IMG/VR virus record: IMGVR_UViG_3300044857_000313
Span: 1 to 64,000 of that record
From: a virus
Reading direction: 5' to 3' (one strand)
Length of the DNA stretch: 64,000 nt
The notes under the pieces are model-generated. The model worked only from the letters and a program-made list of their open reading frames with translations. It searched no databases and was not told the origin of the DNA. This document shows positions 35,401 through 45,638 of this stretch, in pieces. Position 1 is the stretch's first letter. Each line of letters begins with the position of its first letter. The position numbers were made by a program, and so were the translations under genes.

Positions 35401-37550
35401 ATGGCGTAACCAAGAATCTCTTCGGGGTCTGTGCTGTTGGCAAGTCTTGCGGCCTGAGCAAATTTAGATGTTGTGTCTTTTGATTGAGTAGACACAAAAT
35501 CCATCAAGGACTGATAGCGGTCAGTACCTATGGTGTCTTTCAGAGATTGATGGACACCAATTTCATGAGCTAAGACACCATCTAATTCTTTCGCTCCCTT
35601 GATGTTGTCTTTGACTACTACGGTATAATCACCATGAGGAACAAAGAAACCTTTCGTGTTATCCGACACTTTGATACCCATGGAAGCTCCAAGTTTCTTT
35701 GCGTCTTTCAGCGACAATGCAAATACATCATCACGATCCGCTACGGAACTTGCAATCTTACCTTCCTGCTTCGTGAAGTATTCTACATCATGAAGTTTGG
35801 AAGCGGCTTCCTTTGTATCCATAATGGTGTAGGGTGTCTTGAGTCCTACGGCATCACGAGCGGCACTCGTTTCAATCCTATCTGCTGTACGAGCCAGATT
35901 AGCTATAGCAGGGTCTTTATGGAACAAGTTCTTTCCTGCCATGCCGAGAGTGCGTAAGACACCCCCTGAAATCCCTGCAATCATAGCGGCCCCTGCGATA
36001 CTGTCATCTGTACCATTACCAAGGTTAGCGGCATGTTGCTGTAAAGCCCCCAGAGCGGCCATGTTTAATGTTGTGTCCCCAATTCTTTTAGCGCCCCCTG
36101 CACTGAGAATCTTTTCAGCAGAGGCCTTAGCGGCACTATCAATAATACGTGTGTCTTTCACCACACCCCCGAGTGTCTTCATAATCTTCCCTGCCTGTAA
36201 GACCTTCAATTCAGGAAGTGCGTTCAAGGGGTCTAAGACAGCCCCTAAGACAGTACCAAGGGTATGTGCGCCTACCGAATTATAGTAAGCGGCATACTTT
36301 GTGTCCTCTGCCATCTCATCGGACTTCTTTTGTAATAGGTAATACAACTGTGTGGGGTCTTTTGCATTATCAATAATCCATTGTGCCTCTGCTTCATTAC
36401 CACTCCCCATAGCGGCCTTAATGTAGTTACGGTCTGCATCGGTAATCTTATCACGACCAAATGCATCAAGGTCACTGTGGAATAGGTCAGTGTACAGTGC
36501 ATCAACAAACTCATACGCAAAGTTCCCACTGCGCTTGAAGTCATGCCAAATGCCCTCAAGGATAGAAGGCTTTTCTTTCAGGGAGTCTTCATAGGCTTTC
36601 TGCATCTGTAGTTTTGCATCTGCAAGTGCCTGTATTTCAGGACTCACCATGTTCTGCATCTTAGGAGTAAAGACACCCTCACCAAAAGTGGTTGTGTCCT
36701 GTTTAGGCCCTAATATAGCATTGACTTCCTTTGATAAATCAGGATTAGCTACATGAAGGTGGGGGCCTGTACCATGAGGGTCACTAATAACTTCCTGAAA
36801 GCCTAATGAACGTGCATAGTCCGCAAGAGTAGATAAGGTGTCATCTCCCCACTGCAAACCATCCCATGCAATATCAGCTCCAAGACCTTTATAATGCCAG
36901 CTTGTTTCTGTGTGTGAATCATCATTAGCCCCTGCTGTCAGAATAGGAGAGACACCCAATTCCTGTGCCTTTTTGAACAGCATCCCTAAACGCTGATACA
37001 TGCTACCGTCAATACCCTTCATGTCATCAGGAAGATAGGAAGTGTAGTCTTCCGTGTCTGAACCACCACTGCTGGAATCACTAGAACCTGTAGCAGACGC
37101 ATCATAGCTTTCACCGCCATAAAGGTTTGAATAGACCTCACCTGCTACCTGTTGTCTTTGGTCAAGTGCCTGTCCTTGACAACGTTCATAGTAATCCGCA
37201 ATAGCGGCGGCGGCACTTTCAGCGCTCGACAAGTCCGAGTTGGAAATATCTTTCAAGGCTTGCGCTTCTGTATTATGAAGCTCCCAATCAACGAACTCTA
37301 ACTGTGCATAAATATCATTGGAATCATATCCATGCTCATCCATGAAGTTTTTGAAACTCGTCTGTCTGCTTTCATCAAGCCATTGTGCAATCCCGTACGC
37401 ACCATTAGGGGACGTACTGTCAGGATTAATGTCCTCACCGCCCCCTGTTTCAACTGCAAAGTTAGCGGCGAATCCTGCGGCCAGTGTTGGTGAATATCCA
37501 TGCTGGACAAACCAATTATAGACAAGGGCCATGTTATTTGAAACTGCCAT
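32436..37550 (-). CDS. internal virion protein (gp16-like) with two N-terminal peptidoglycan hydrolase domains
   Basis: 1704 aa; N-terminal tail-lysozyme motif AANFAVETGG..YGIAQW, then LAS/M15 peptidase motifs SWHYKGLGAD and GPHLHV. Confidence 0.75.
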   Translation of the reverse strand: MAVSNNMALVYNWFVQHGYSPTLAAGFAANFAVETGGGEDINPDSTSPNGAYGIAQWLDESRQTSFKNFMDEHGYDSNDIYAQLEFVDWELHNTEAQALKDISNSDLSSAESAAAAIADYYERCQGQALDQRQQVAGEVYSNLYGGESYDASATGSSDSSSGGSDTEDYTSYLPDDMKGIDGSMYQRLGMLFKKAQELGVSPILTAGANDDSHTETSWHYKGLGADIAWDGLQWGDDTLSTLADYARSLGFQEVISDPHGTGPHLHVANPDLSKEVNAILGPKQDTTTFGEGVFTPKMQNMVSPEIQALADAKLQMQKAYEDSLKEKPSILEGIWHDFKRSGNFAYEFVDALYTDLFHSDLDAFGRDKITDADRNYIKAAMGSGNEAEAQWIIDNAKDPTQLYYLLQKKSDEMAEDTKYAAYYNSVGAHTLGTVLGAVLDPLNALPELKVLQAGKIMKTLGGVVKDTRIIDSAAKASAEKILSAGGAKRIGDTTLNMAALGALQQHAANLGNGTDDSIAGAAMIAGISGGVLRTLGMAGKNLFHKDPAIANLARTADRIETSAARDAVGLKTPYTIMDTKEAASKLHDVEYFTKQEGKIASSVADRDDVFALSLKDAKKLGASMGIKVSDNTKGFFVPHGDYTVVVKDNIKGAKELDGVLAHEIGVHQSLKDTIGTDRYQSLMDFVSTQSKDTTSKFAQAARLANSTDPEEILGYAIQHDMLSRKSSHSLVSSFREGLKEMGFGDKSKFTNNEILDMVNTAVRYQSLKKQGIIVNPDGSIIQNGVHFSKDNMLAPESLLDYEKSADELAQERKGKTAFEKTVNTLSGWMDNTLLTRTPYGAAYHSPSMTLAKKASELWEDAQRRGTSRNGSNMPSAERMKGYLMGQLDKYKGDILDARKEWIRDHYGTMGVINPFRKGDAHRQEFDKLVIDKFNSLSKQQTHINIDDAMVDQNVMKAVKSLQGLYDTRIDLGKNSSSIFGGSMERNLIEDGWYSVDDEFHRLVDPDAYREFVSNFTTTGDKGARAFMEKYAQVASNMPTSRKLIGEMIKREKELRLQREIKDAETFLKKEALKDPEKINHAKVKRVKEELEQKRAITIKDTTDKEIDDFRDEKCKEWADNIMQPLEDKLDGLDTDGASSKLGDLNFFRGRLPMDTGVVMDIKDAEGNVVKAFSFDNDLRYYDLEHTLNRTNRRFAGEVAVRNVLGSANEYGAFVKKVLHELRLASMGNDGRINSSTAEKNKRWFLDNIARLRGMRDHYERNIYDEGSAVTKILNNFAYFKRGGSMGWNQLGDLGGAIAYGGLKQVFGVFNPLRKFVQDVRLGKANSKMVEDLSWHVFGEPVERYIFRGNWGDKQTRNALSKRGFGVDNLLISAADMTHNLGKFTSQINMLGHMTDTMVRSARSAAITDSIRWAHGETFNALRNPFSKANIKALGRHVDLAQMKKDLRTYVKWEGKKGTVADGFDVDAWRKESPDTFWAWYDLMQNQVEKSVLLSSSEGNRNMLKDTNSLMRLVMMFKDFNMRSNNAQFMRMIQQHEAQDAMAFALSLMTNTAAFAARNGAKMATLYALGQTDAANYLKENYLNDKALAKAAFFRTGFLSPMGVVNDGWEAMYGSPTIRTTVSQYRNNPPKDFGDFVGNSVQQLPAVDTLSDMTWKPIRSAYRLATSKGTQKDLRTLLNLAPIPDFIPYTQAIDTLAKLNSLKAK

Positions 37551-37571
37551 TGTGTCTTATCTCCTTTCTAT

Positions 37572-39932
37572 TTAATCCCCATACACCCATTTCTTTACAC
37601 GAGCTACTGCACTGCTTGCCTGTTCAGCGATAACATCTGCTACAGAGCCAGAGTGTTCAGCAACACCCCTAGCTTGTTCTTCTGTTACACCGCTATCCCC
37701 TACATAGGTAGCTTTGTAATCTGTTGTATCAGAAGAAGAGGCACTGCTACTAGAAGGCGGAACAGAGGTGGCTACATACTGAATTTCATTAGCCATATCA
37801 GAGCCGGAAAGCTGTGTATAGTTTCCATTTGAACTCTCTGAGAAAGACCACGTATTAGATGCTTCATCGTATGATACGTTAATATCTTCTGGGGACACTC
37901 CCCAATTACTTGCATATTGATAGCAAAGAGCATCAAGAGATTGTTTTGCGAAGGCATTTTCTGTAGAGGGAGACAAACCACTATTGAAGCAGTTTTTAGG
38001 AAAGACTGCCCCATGATAGTAAGCATAAGCATCCCTGATGTCGTTGCAAGCGGAATCTAAAGCGGCTTGGGGGTCATGATACGCTAAGTTATACATCAAA
38101 GCTCTATCCTTCACGGTTTCTGCAATCTGTGGATTGTCCCAAGAAATATCAGGAGCCGTACTACCTTCACTATTCCAGCTTTCCATACCACCAATAGACC
38201 AACCACCTGCGGCAATGCTTCTAATCTGTGCCATGTAATTCTGTTTATCCTGTTCGCTAGTGTCTTTAATACGACAATAGTTGGCGTATCCTCGAACAAG
38301 TGCATTGTCTGCGTCTTCTTCACCCGACGCATGGGAGAAGTTTACAACCGCTCCGATAGCGGCGTCTACCTTACTGCCGAAAGCACCTGCAAACTGTCCA
38401 TGATTAATGTTACGAGCCTTTACAAGATAAATGATGGAGTTAGGTACACCATTCGCTTCTACACTGTCTGCTGTGGCGCTGTTAATGGTCTGTAAGACAC
38501 TATTTACTAACTGTTCTTTTACGTTACTCACACCAGAATAGGTGTAGAGCTTCATAAGCTTCTGTGCCTTTGTGTCTTCATCAGCATCGCTATTAATAAT
38601 CTGATTTTCGTAATCCTGAAAAGAACTAAGTATCGTACCTGAATCAACTGCCTTACCACCTACTAAAGGTTTCCCAATGGAACTGCCATAACCATCTTTT
38701 ACAGGATTATCATCTTCCATGAACGCCCTAATGTTTTCCATAGCTGAAGCAGAACTGGCCTGTGATTTCGCGGCTGTCTTAACACCTTTAGCCGCCACCT
38801 TAGCCATACGAGCCTGCGTGGCCTTATTCTGGTTTTGAAGACTCTCAATTTCAGGCAACATCCCTGTAAGAATTTCAGCATTATCACGATCTGAACGATT
38901 GCCAGACTGACCCATTTTAATGACATCGGTATAGACACGATTCATATCTTTGTCTTTACCATACTTCTTAATTAAATCCATCTTTGATTTTTCCATATGG
39001 GCTTTACGATAGGCAAGATTTAGGGTGTCTAATTCCATGGTGTCTACCAAGTCCCCCATCGTCTGTGTCGTACCATCTAAGCGTGTCTGTACAGGAATAC
39101 GGTCAAGGATAGTAGCTTTAAAGTTCTTAAAGTCCTTGATTGTCCCTGTGGTAATAATTTCTTTGGTAAAATTATCAACAAGTGTCTGTCGCTGTGAAGG
39201 ATTCAGCCCCATCAAGCGACTCTGATTGAAAATCTCCGTTAGCTTCTGTACTTGTTCATCACGAGTCATAGTAGGAGCATCATAAATAAGATTCCCCAAT
39301 TCAGACTTAATGTTATTGAAGGTTTCAGAGATTCTGTCTTCAATATCACGCTGAACATGATTACTCATCAACGTTTGCTGATTTTCAATATTCTTGTCAC
39401 TGAAGCCCTGCTCAAAAGACACATTATTATCAATGAGTCCTTTATCAGTGAAACGCTGTCGATACTTCTGTACAAAGTCGTCATACCGCTTCACTTCCTC
39501 ATCGGGAGTACGCGCAGGACTATCACCAAATTCTTCTGTGTATGCAAGTTTTGCGGAGTCGCCTAAAGCCTGTCCACGCAATTTGTCACTATATGCGATA
39601 AAATAAGGATTATCTAAATTATTCCCATAGCCATATGTCAAGGCCATGTCAAGTGTATTAAGTTTCTGTCTGTCTTCCTCTGTGGTCGACGAAATGAGTC
39701 TGTTGGCTTCTGTAAGGCCCTCTTCATTCATGCGTTTCTCACGGTCTGTAATGAAAGACAACCAACTACTATTAAGATTATTAGCCGCGCTTGCAAACAT
39801 GGAAGCGGACGAGGACGAGGGATTAGTACCTCTAACACCCTGTACCTCTGTCAAACGCTCTTGATATGTTGCATCTGGTTGCGGCATAAATTGCATTTCT
39901 GTGCCTACAGCACTAGCAATCCGTTTCGCCAT
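37572..39932 (-). CDS. internal virion protein (gp15 position)
   Basis: 786-aa ORF between gp14-like and gp16-like genes; positional. Confidence 0.55.
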   Translation of the reverse strand: MAKRIASAVGTEMQFMPQPDATYQERLTEVQGVRGTNPSSSSASMFASAANNLNSSWLSFITDREKRMNEEGLTEANRLISSTTEEDRQKLNTLDMALTYGYGNNLDNPYFIAYSDKLRGQALGDSAKLAYTEEFGDSPARTPDEEVKRYDDFVQKYRQRFTDKGLIDNNVSFEQGFSDKNIENQQTLMSNHVQRDIEDRISETFNNIKSELGNLIYDAPTMTRDEQVQKLTEIFNQSRLMGLNPSQRQTLVDNFTKEIITTGTIKDFKNFKATILDRIPVQTRLDGTTQTMGDLVDTMELDTLNLAYRKAHMEKSKMDLIKKYGKDKDMNRVYTDVIKMGQSGNRSDRDNAEILTGMLPEIESLQNQNKATQARMAKVAAKGVKTAAKSQASSASAMENIRAFMEDDNPVKDGYGSSIGKPLVGGKAVDSGTILSSFQDYENQIINSDADEDTKAQKLMKLYTYSGVSNVKEQLVNSVLQTINSATADSVEANGVPNSIIYLVKARNINHGQFAGAFGSKVDAAIGAVVNFSHASGEEDADNALVRGYANYCRIKDTSEQDKQNYMAQIRSIAAGGWSIGGMESWNSEGSTAPDISWDNPQIAETVKDRALMYNLAYHDPQAALDSACNDIRDAYAYYHGAVFPKNCFNSGLSPSTENAFAKQSLDALCYQYASNWGVSPEDINVSYDEASNTWSFSESSNGNYTQLSGSDMANEIQYVATSVPPSSSSASSSDTTDYKATYVGDSGVTEEQARGVAEHSGSVADVIAEQASSAVARVKKWVYGD

Positions 39933-40747
39933 GTAGCACCTCTCCTTGAAATACCCCCATTAGACCAATCATAAGACAAGCCACTACTCATGTCACCACT
40001 AAAGTAACCATTGATAGCATTACTTGCAAAAAGGCCGTGAGGATTGAATAAATTCATACTGTCATATTTTGCAGACGCTTCATCGAGGTCTACAATTCGT
40101 GTCCCAATCTCTGTATTGTGAATGTCTTCACTGTGGATATAGGGGTCAAGATTTACAGGTTTAACGTCCCCTGTATGTCTATCAAGTGTCTTTCCCTGTC
40201 CGCCTTCAACACCTGCTTTCTTTCTCATGCTCTTAATACCCTGTAAGGTATTATAGGTCTGCATGAAATCAGAAAACATTTCCATACCCTGTGTAAGATA
40301 AGATGGTGTCTCAACGGACGAAATACTATTGATAGCATTACGTGTAGAGATAAGCGCCGCTTCCTTATTGAGGTCAATTTCATTCATTTTATTTTGATAA
40401 TTAGCCTGCGCCTGCGAAGCAACACGGGATTCATCTGCACGAACACTACGATTAATCAAGTTAGCTGTTCTGCCACCTCCTGCCAACTCTTCGTTGACAG
40501 CGGCCTTAACAGACGCTTCCTGTCTATGAGCGTTCATCCTGTCTTTCGTCATTGCATCAATCTGAGCGGCGAAAGCGGCCCTACGCTGTGTCTCATAGTT
40601 TTGAAAGGTATAGTTCATAGACTGGAGCAATCCCCTTGCGGTCTGATTGTTGGCATCAATCTGATTCTGAATTTCAGCCCTACTTGCTTTCTGCTTAGAC
40701 AAAGAGCTGAGAGCTGAAATACCATAACTAAGTGCTACGGTACACAT
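39905..40747 (-). CDS. internal virion protein (gp13/14 position)
   Basis: 280-aa ORF after the tail tube genes; positional. Confidence 0.45.
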   Translation of the reverse strand: MCTVALSYGISALSSLSKQKASRAEIQNQIDANNQTARGLLQSMNYTFQNYETQRRAAFAAQIDAMTKDRMNAHRQEASVKAAVNEELAGGGRTANLINRSVRADESRVASQAQANYQNKMNEIDLNKEAALISTRNAINSISSVETPSYLTQGMEMFSDFMQTYNTLQGIKSMRKKAGVEGGQGKTLDRHTGDVKPVNLDPYIHSEDIHNTEIGTRIVDLDEASAKYDSMNLFNPHGLFASNAINGYFSGDMSSGLSYDWSNGGISRRGATWRNGLLVL

Positions 40748-40750
40748 TCG

Positions 40751-43093
40751 CTATACCCCCTTTGTTCGTGTCGTATATAGACAATCCCAATTCAGCCCTA
40801 CAATAGAGAGGGGAACTGGCATGTCTGATTCAACTGCAATCGTAACTGATTCATTCTTTGCATGAATAGGAACATCAAACTTTCCTGTTTCATTTTGCTT
40901 CTTCCCCAAGCGAGCTGAAGAAGTACCAAGAATCTTACCGGTCATCCGATATATATACTCTTTGCTCCCAAGGTAAGACACCCTGCAAGCCAAGAAACCT
41001 GTATGATCATAATTGATATGGATGTTCTTGATTTGTGTCCTGCCTTCTGCATAGGAGCTAATGTTTCCATTGTCGTTCTTCTTAAGATAGAATGTGGTGA
41101 AGACAGCCTTAAACAAATAAGGTTCCCCCACTACTAATTTCTTTCCTGCAAAATTTCCATCAAGATAAATACAGCCTGCATCATCTGCTTTTAGATTTTC
41201 GTGCAAGACACCATCATGAGTGACTACACAAAGACTCTGCAAAGGTGTGGTGTCTGTGTAGGCATAAAGTGCCTTGAGGTCAAACTTTGTCTGTTCGGAT
41301 ACCTCATCATAAACACCATTATCCATCACTTTCTTCTGGTCGAGATAGACACGATATACTTCGGTATCATCGAACTCTTTGATGTTTACAGAGAAGTCCA
41401 ATTGCTCCATGGTAATCTGTGTCCCTCTACGCATGAGAAGATACAAATAACTGCCAATGAAACCTGCACCATAAATCTCACCATCAAAGACCCATTTAGA
41501 CCACGAGGACTGAATACGTTCTTCATTGGCAAATAGATACTTGTAAAGGTAAATGGTGTCTGTTGCCTTATTTGTCAGACAGAACAGCACATTTTCAGCC
41601 GTCGATGCAATAATGTCATAGACACCTGATTCAATATAGTTCGGGATGTGAGATGTAATGTCCTGTGCATTTTTCATCTGTGAAATATCCTGAACCGTAT
41701 AGTATTCCCGTATCGTAGAGAAATCTCCATGTTCAGAAGGGAAATATAAGTTCTTACCTGCTACCTTTGGTTGACAGTCAGGAGAACTATTGAACTGCGT
41801 AATTTCTGTAGGTGACGCTGTTTTCGGTGTCAAGGTGGAATCAGCACGAATAATAAACTGTGTATCATTCGAGAAAGCGTAAAGGTCTTCTGAAAAGACA
41901 ACACAATAATTAATCAGGTTTGCTTTTGTGGATGTAATAGGGACATCAATCCCATCTGTGTCTAACAGGTCATTGGCTGTTGTCATCCACCAATTAAAGT
42001 ATTCTCCTGATTCAGACATGATTATATTTTCACGGGAAGCAACACCTAAACGATTGCGATAAAAGAAGATACTGGACAGGGTATATCCTACAAAAGACGG
42101 AGACGGATTACTATCATCATCCCCCACCTTTCGTTCATCCCAATCAAGAGCCTTAAATGTGAAAGTGTCATCTGCATTATGGATGATGGCATGGGGCATG
42201 GTTGTCTTATCAAACTCAATGTTGATATTTGGACAAGCACATTCTTCCCACACATTACTGTCTTTGGAATACTTTACGTAATAACTACCTTCACTTGCTC
42301 CATTCGGGTCGCCCTTGACTTTGACACAATAGTTATCAGGCGCCGTAGCAGGAAGCAAGCTGAAACGCTGAATTGACTTTTTGAAGTTAATAAGAGCCTG
42401 ATGGTTGAATCCATCTGCTGTCTGTACAAGACCATCACCCTGAATACGAATCCAATTATCTTGATGTTCCGTAGACACACCATTATTGTTGAGCTGTTCA
42501 TTAATACGGTCTGCGATATAGTTGGTGTCTATCTGCTTCGTCTGGTTAGCGGCATCCCCATTTGGGCTTGTCCATGCGCATTTAGACACACCATCAATCC
42601 AAACCTGATAGGTACGACCATACTGCCCTTGACGCACATAAAGCATACTGCCCTGATTACTAAAGTAGTCTGGTGACTTCTTGCTGGACAACTGCACTGT
42701 TTTTGTATTATTCAGTACAAAAGTGTAGTCAGCTACCGTCATAACTCGTAAGTTATCCCTAGGAGTATTTGTAGCTAAATAAGCATCGTCTTCAATGTTG
42801 ACAGTCTTTTCGTTGCCTTTCATGTCGTAAATCTTGATAGTGTTATTTGCAAAGACAACCATGTATTTCTGTTGTTTATCCCTGTCAATGAAATGAACAA
42901 GAGGTTTACTGCCTGTGGTAAGGTTCAAGTCTGTGAGTGTCTTTAGATGGACTGTAGGGACACGATTCTGGAGCCCTGAAACCTCTGTCGAGAAACCATT
43001 AATCTGCTCCTCAAGCTGTTCAGGGAACCGTAAGAGTGGTGGCTGTTGAGACACACCCTGTACAAAGTTCTTAATGCTCTGTGAGTATAACAT
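40751..43093 (-). CDS. tail tubular protein B (T7 gp12-like)
   Basis: 780-aa ORF; N-terminal SIKNFVQGVSQQPP..R...Q.EEQ.N typical of gp12. Confidence 0.8.
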   Translation of the reverse strand: MLYSQSIKNFVQGVSQQPPLLRFPEQLEEQINGFSTEVSGLQNRVPTVHLKTLTDLNLTTGSKPLVHFIDRDKQQKYMVVFANNTIKIYDMKGNEKTVNIEDDAYLATNTPRDNLRVMTVADYTFVLNNTKTVQLSSKKSPDYFSNQGSMLYVRQGQYGRTYQVWIDGVSKCAWTSPNGDAANQTKQIDTNYIADRINEQLNNNGVSTEHQDNWIRIQGDGLVQTADGFNHQALINFKKSIQRFSLLPATAPDNYCVKVKGDPNGASEGSYYVKYSKDSNVWEECACPNINIEFDKTTMPHAIIHNADDTFTFKALDWDERKVGDDDSNPSPSFVGYTLSSIFFYRNRLGVASRENIIMSESGEYFNWWMTTANDLLDTDGIDVPITSTKANLINYCVVFSEDLYAFSNDTQFIIRADSTLTPKTASPTEITQFNSSPDCQPKVAGKNLYFPSEHGDFSTIREYYTVQDISQMKNAQDITSHIPNYIESGVYDIIASTAENVLFCLTNKATDTIYLYKYLFANEERIQSSWSKWVFDGEIYGAGFIGSYLYLLMRRGTQITMEQLDFSVNIKEFDDTEVYRVYLDQKKVMDNGVYDEVSEQTKFDLKALYAYTDTTPLQSLCVVTHDGVLHENLKADDAGCIYLDGNFAGKKLVVGEPYLFKAVFTTFYLKKNDNGNISSYAEGRTQIKNIHINYDHTGFLACRVSYLGSKEYIYRMTGKILGTSSARLGKKQNETGKFDVPIHAKNESVTIAVESDMPVPLSIVGLNWDCLYTTRTKGV

Positions 43094-43099
43094 GGTGTC

Positions 43100-43666
43100 T
43101 TATCTCCTTTCCAATGCACTCTGCATCCCTGTGGTCTGAAACATGTTGGAACCTGTGTCTATACAATACTGGACAATATCGGCATAAGCTCTTGATTCTT
43201 CAATCCGTAACTCCTGAGATACATTTTCGTCACCAAGGTAACGTTCCTGAAAGAAAATAGCCGCTTCTGCTGTAATGAATGTTTTGAACTCATCAGGCAA
43301 GTCCTCAAAGTCAACGGCTTCAATGATGGTAAGTTGCACCTCTTCATTGAAGGTATCTGTCTTCTCTGTAAGATTGTATAGAAAATCCCCACGTTTTACA
43401 TAGACCTCACCATTCGTCGCTGTAATCTTTATCCATGATGGATTGTATCGAATCTTTTTGCTGTTGGTGTCTGGCATAATAGTTACATTGGTCATGGTGT
43501 TGAACTGCCAGCCTTGACGCTGGATATTTCGAGACACCGTAGCTAGTAGGCTTCGTGCATTATCAACATCAATAGATTCACTCTCTGTTAAGCTATTGAC
43601 AGGAGCTTCCCCAATGCCTGAAAGAATCAGATTGATTGCGTCTAACTCTGTGGATACAAATAGCAT
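43100..43666 (-). CDS. tail tubular protein A (T7 gp11-like)
   Basis: 188-aa ORF; AINLILSGIGEAPVNSL and QRQGWQFN as in gp11. Confidence 0.8.
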   Translation of the reverse strand: MLFVSTELDAINLILSGIGEAPVNSLTESESIDVDNARSLLATVSRNIQRQGWQFNTMTNVTIMPDTNSKKIRYNPSWIKITATNGEVYVKRGDFLYNLTEKTDTFNEEVQLTIIEAVDFEDLPDEFKTFITAEAAIFFQERYLGDENVSQELRIEESRAYADIVQYCIDTGSNMFQTTGMQSALERR

Positions 43667-43681
43667 CTTTTCACTCCCTTT

Positions 43682-43714
43682 AAAAGAATAAAAAGGGGAG
43701 CATTACACTCCCCT
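43682..43714 (-). terminator. hairpin plus U-tract downstream of capsid gene B
   Basis: identical to 127-160. Confidence 0.6.
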
Positions 43715-43732
43715 ACACCTATCAACAATCTA

Positions 43733-44746
43733 TTAAGCAGGATTGCTAATAACACCCATAAAGGTAGATTCAGGACGAAGACCACCAATACCAATAGCAT
43801 ACTTAGCAATAAGCTGGTCTGCCTGATATTCAGCGCGACGTGCTGTTTCGAAGCTAATGTCTTTCAAGGACAAGACACCAACAGAAGATTTGTGACAAAT
43901 CAGAAGAGGAGACTTGCTTGCATAAGCCGTCGGGAAGGCATGACCATCACCCTGAATGGTATTCGTCGGGTCATCGCCACCCTGTGTCAGATGAGGACAT
44001 TCGATAATCTGGAAACCATCCATGCTGATAATATTGGAGTTAGTCAGCGTAGCGGCGGCACCATAATTACTGTTCAAGAAATCAAGGTTCGTTGCCAGTG
44101 CGGCGTGAATTTCAGGAGTAACAAAGCAATAACGGTCACCCTGCGGAACGTAGTTAGCGGCCATTTTAGCTTTGACCTCTAACAGAATGTCACGGACTGC
44201 GATACCTGTTTCTTTGTTAATGCCAAGTGTGGAACCCGTTGCGAGTGTCTTTGCAACGACGCCACCTTTACCAAGGCCAGCGACATTTTCAGTGTTGTTC
44301 AACGCTTCCTTAGCGACCTCTGCGAGAATAGAAGCATCCATGGAGATTGCCAGTGCTTCGCCAAGCTGGGTAGCATACGGAGAACGGAAATCATAATGTG
44401 CGATAAATTCGTCAAGGTCAAATACCAAGCAGTCCGTCGTCAACAGACCATCAATAACAATGGTACGTTCACCCTGCTGAATGTTTTCCCGAAGGTCGTC
44501 AAGGCTCTTACCACTTTTCAGATAATGCGCTTTAGTACGACCAAATACAGGGAACTGAGCGGATTTACCACTCTGAATAGTACGTTTGATAAATTTACCA
44601 TTCGTTACAGAGGCACGTGCAAATGCCGTGAGAGTTTCGCCACTAAATACTTTAAGGGCGAGGGCGAGTTTGTCGGCATCTGTGGTTGCCTGCGTACCAA
44701 TCGCCATAGGAGTTGCAATTTTAATATCTGCCATAATTAATATCAT
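43733..44746 (-). CDS. major capsid protein, copy B
   Basis: 13 of 337 residues differ from copy A. Confidence 0.9.
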   Translation of the reverse strand: MILIMADIKIATPMAIGTQATTDADKLALALKVFSGETLTAFARASVTNGKFIKRTIQSGKSAQFPVFGRTKAHYLKSGKSLDDLRENIQQGERTIVIDGLLTTDCLVFDLDEFIAHYDFRSPYATQLGEALAISMDASILAEVAKEALNNTENVAGLGKGGVVAKTLATGSTLGINKETGIAVRDILLEVKAKMAANYVPQGDRYCFVTPEIHAALATNLDFLNSNYGAAATLTNSNIISMDGFQIIECPHLTQGGDDPTNTIQGDGHAFPTAYASKSPLLICHKSSVGVLSLKDISFETARRAEYQADQLIAKYAIGIGGLRPESTFMGVISNPA

Positions 44747-44822
44747 CCACCTTTCAAAATAGAAAATTATATAGAGAAAGACACCAAATAATTAGTGTGT
44801 CTTAATCACCGAATTGTACTGG

Positions 44823-45623
44823 CTAGAACAATTTAGAATATTTAACTTTTCGATATACTTCTCGTGTAAACTTAGTGTCTTTCTGATACCGAGGGTCAGA
44901 CATGTCCTTAATCATCTCATCCGTAGATTCATAACCACTACGGTCTACAGACGGAGCGGCATTACCGACGATAGAAGGACGCTGAGTACCATACTGTTTC
45001 ACCATCTGACCTTTAATACCTTCAAGGGTCATGCGAATCTGCATGAGGTTTTCGCTGTCCAGAGTAGCATTAAAGGCATTAATGACATCCTGATTCTGGG
45101 AAGACACAAACTGCTGAATACGTGCAAATTCTTCCTGACCGCCTGCCAATGAATATACATCATTGACAAAGCGAGTGGAAGCGGCTTCCCAACCAGCCAA
45201 CATACCATCAACAACGGCTTTCGGGTAACCTGCTTTCTCAAGAGTTTCATAAGACTGTTGACTGAGTCCACCATTGTTCATGTATTCATTTTCAAGACCT
45301 GCAAAGTCAACACCCTTACTTACTAAATCTTTTTCAGCACTATCAAGGGCCTTGTGGGCTGTAGTCAACTGCTGTTCGGAAGGCTGTTCACTTTTTGGGG
45401 CTTCTTCCTTTGTGTCTGTCTGCCCCTCTGTAGGCTGTGTTTCTGTTGCCTGCTGATTATCCTCATTAACAACATCGTCTAACACATTATCCACATTCTC
45501 TGCTGTGTCTTTCACCGAAAGCTGTGTATTAGAAGATGTCGTTACAGTTACATTATCAACCGTCTGTTCAGGCTGTGTGTCTGTCTGCTGAGCATCAACT
45601 ACTTTGTTTTCGTTTTCATCCAT
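44823..45623 (-). CDS. scaffolding protein, copy B
   Basis: collinear with 1281..2078. Confidence 0.65.
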   Translation of the reverse strand: MDENENKVVDAQQTDTQPEQTVDNVTVTTSSNTQLSVKDTAENVDNVLDDVVNEDNQQATETQPTEGQTDTKEEAPKSEQPSEQQLTTAHKALDSAEKDLVSKGVDFAGLENEYMNNGGLSQQSYETLEKAGYPKAVVDGMLAGWEAASTRFVNDVYSLAGGQEEFARIQQFVSSQNQDVINAFNATLDSENLMQIRMTLEGIKGQMVKQYGTQRPSIVGNAAPSVDRSGYESTDEMIKDMSDPRYQKDTKFTREVYRKVKYSKLF

Positions 45624-45638
45624 TATTTATCAATCTCC

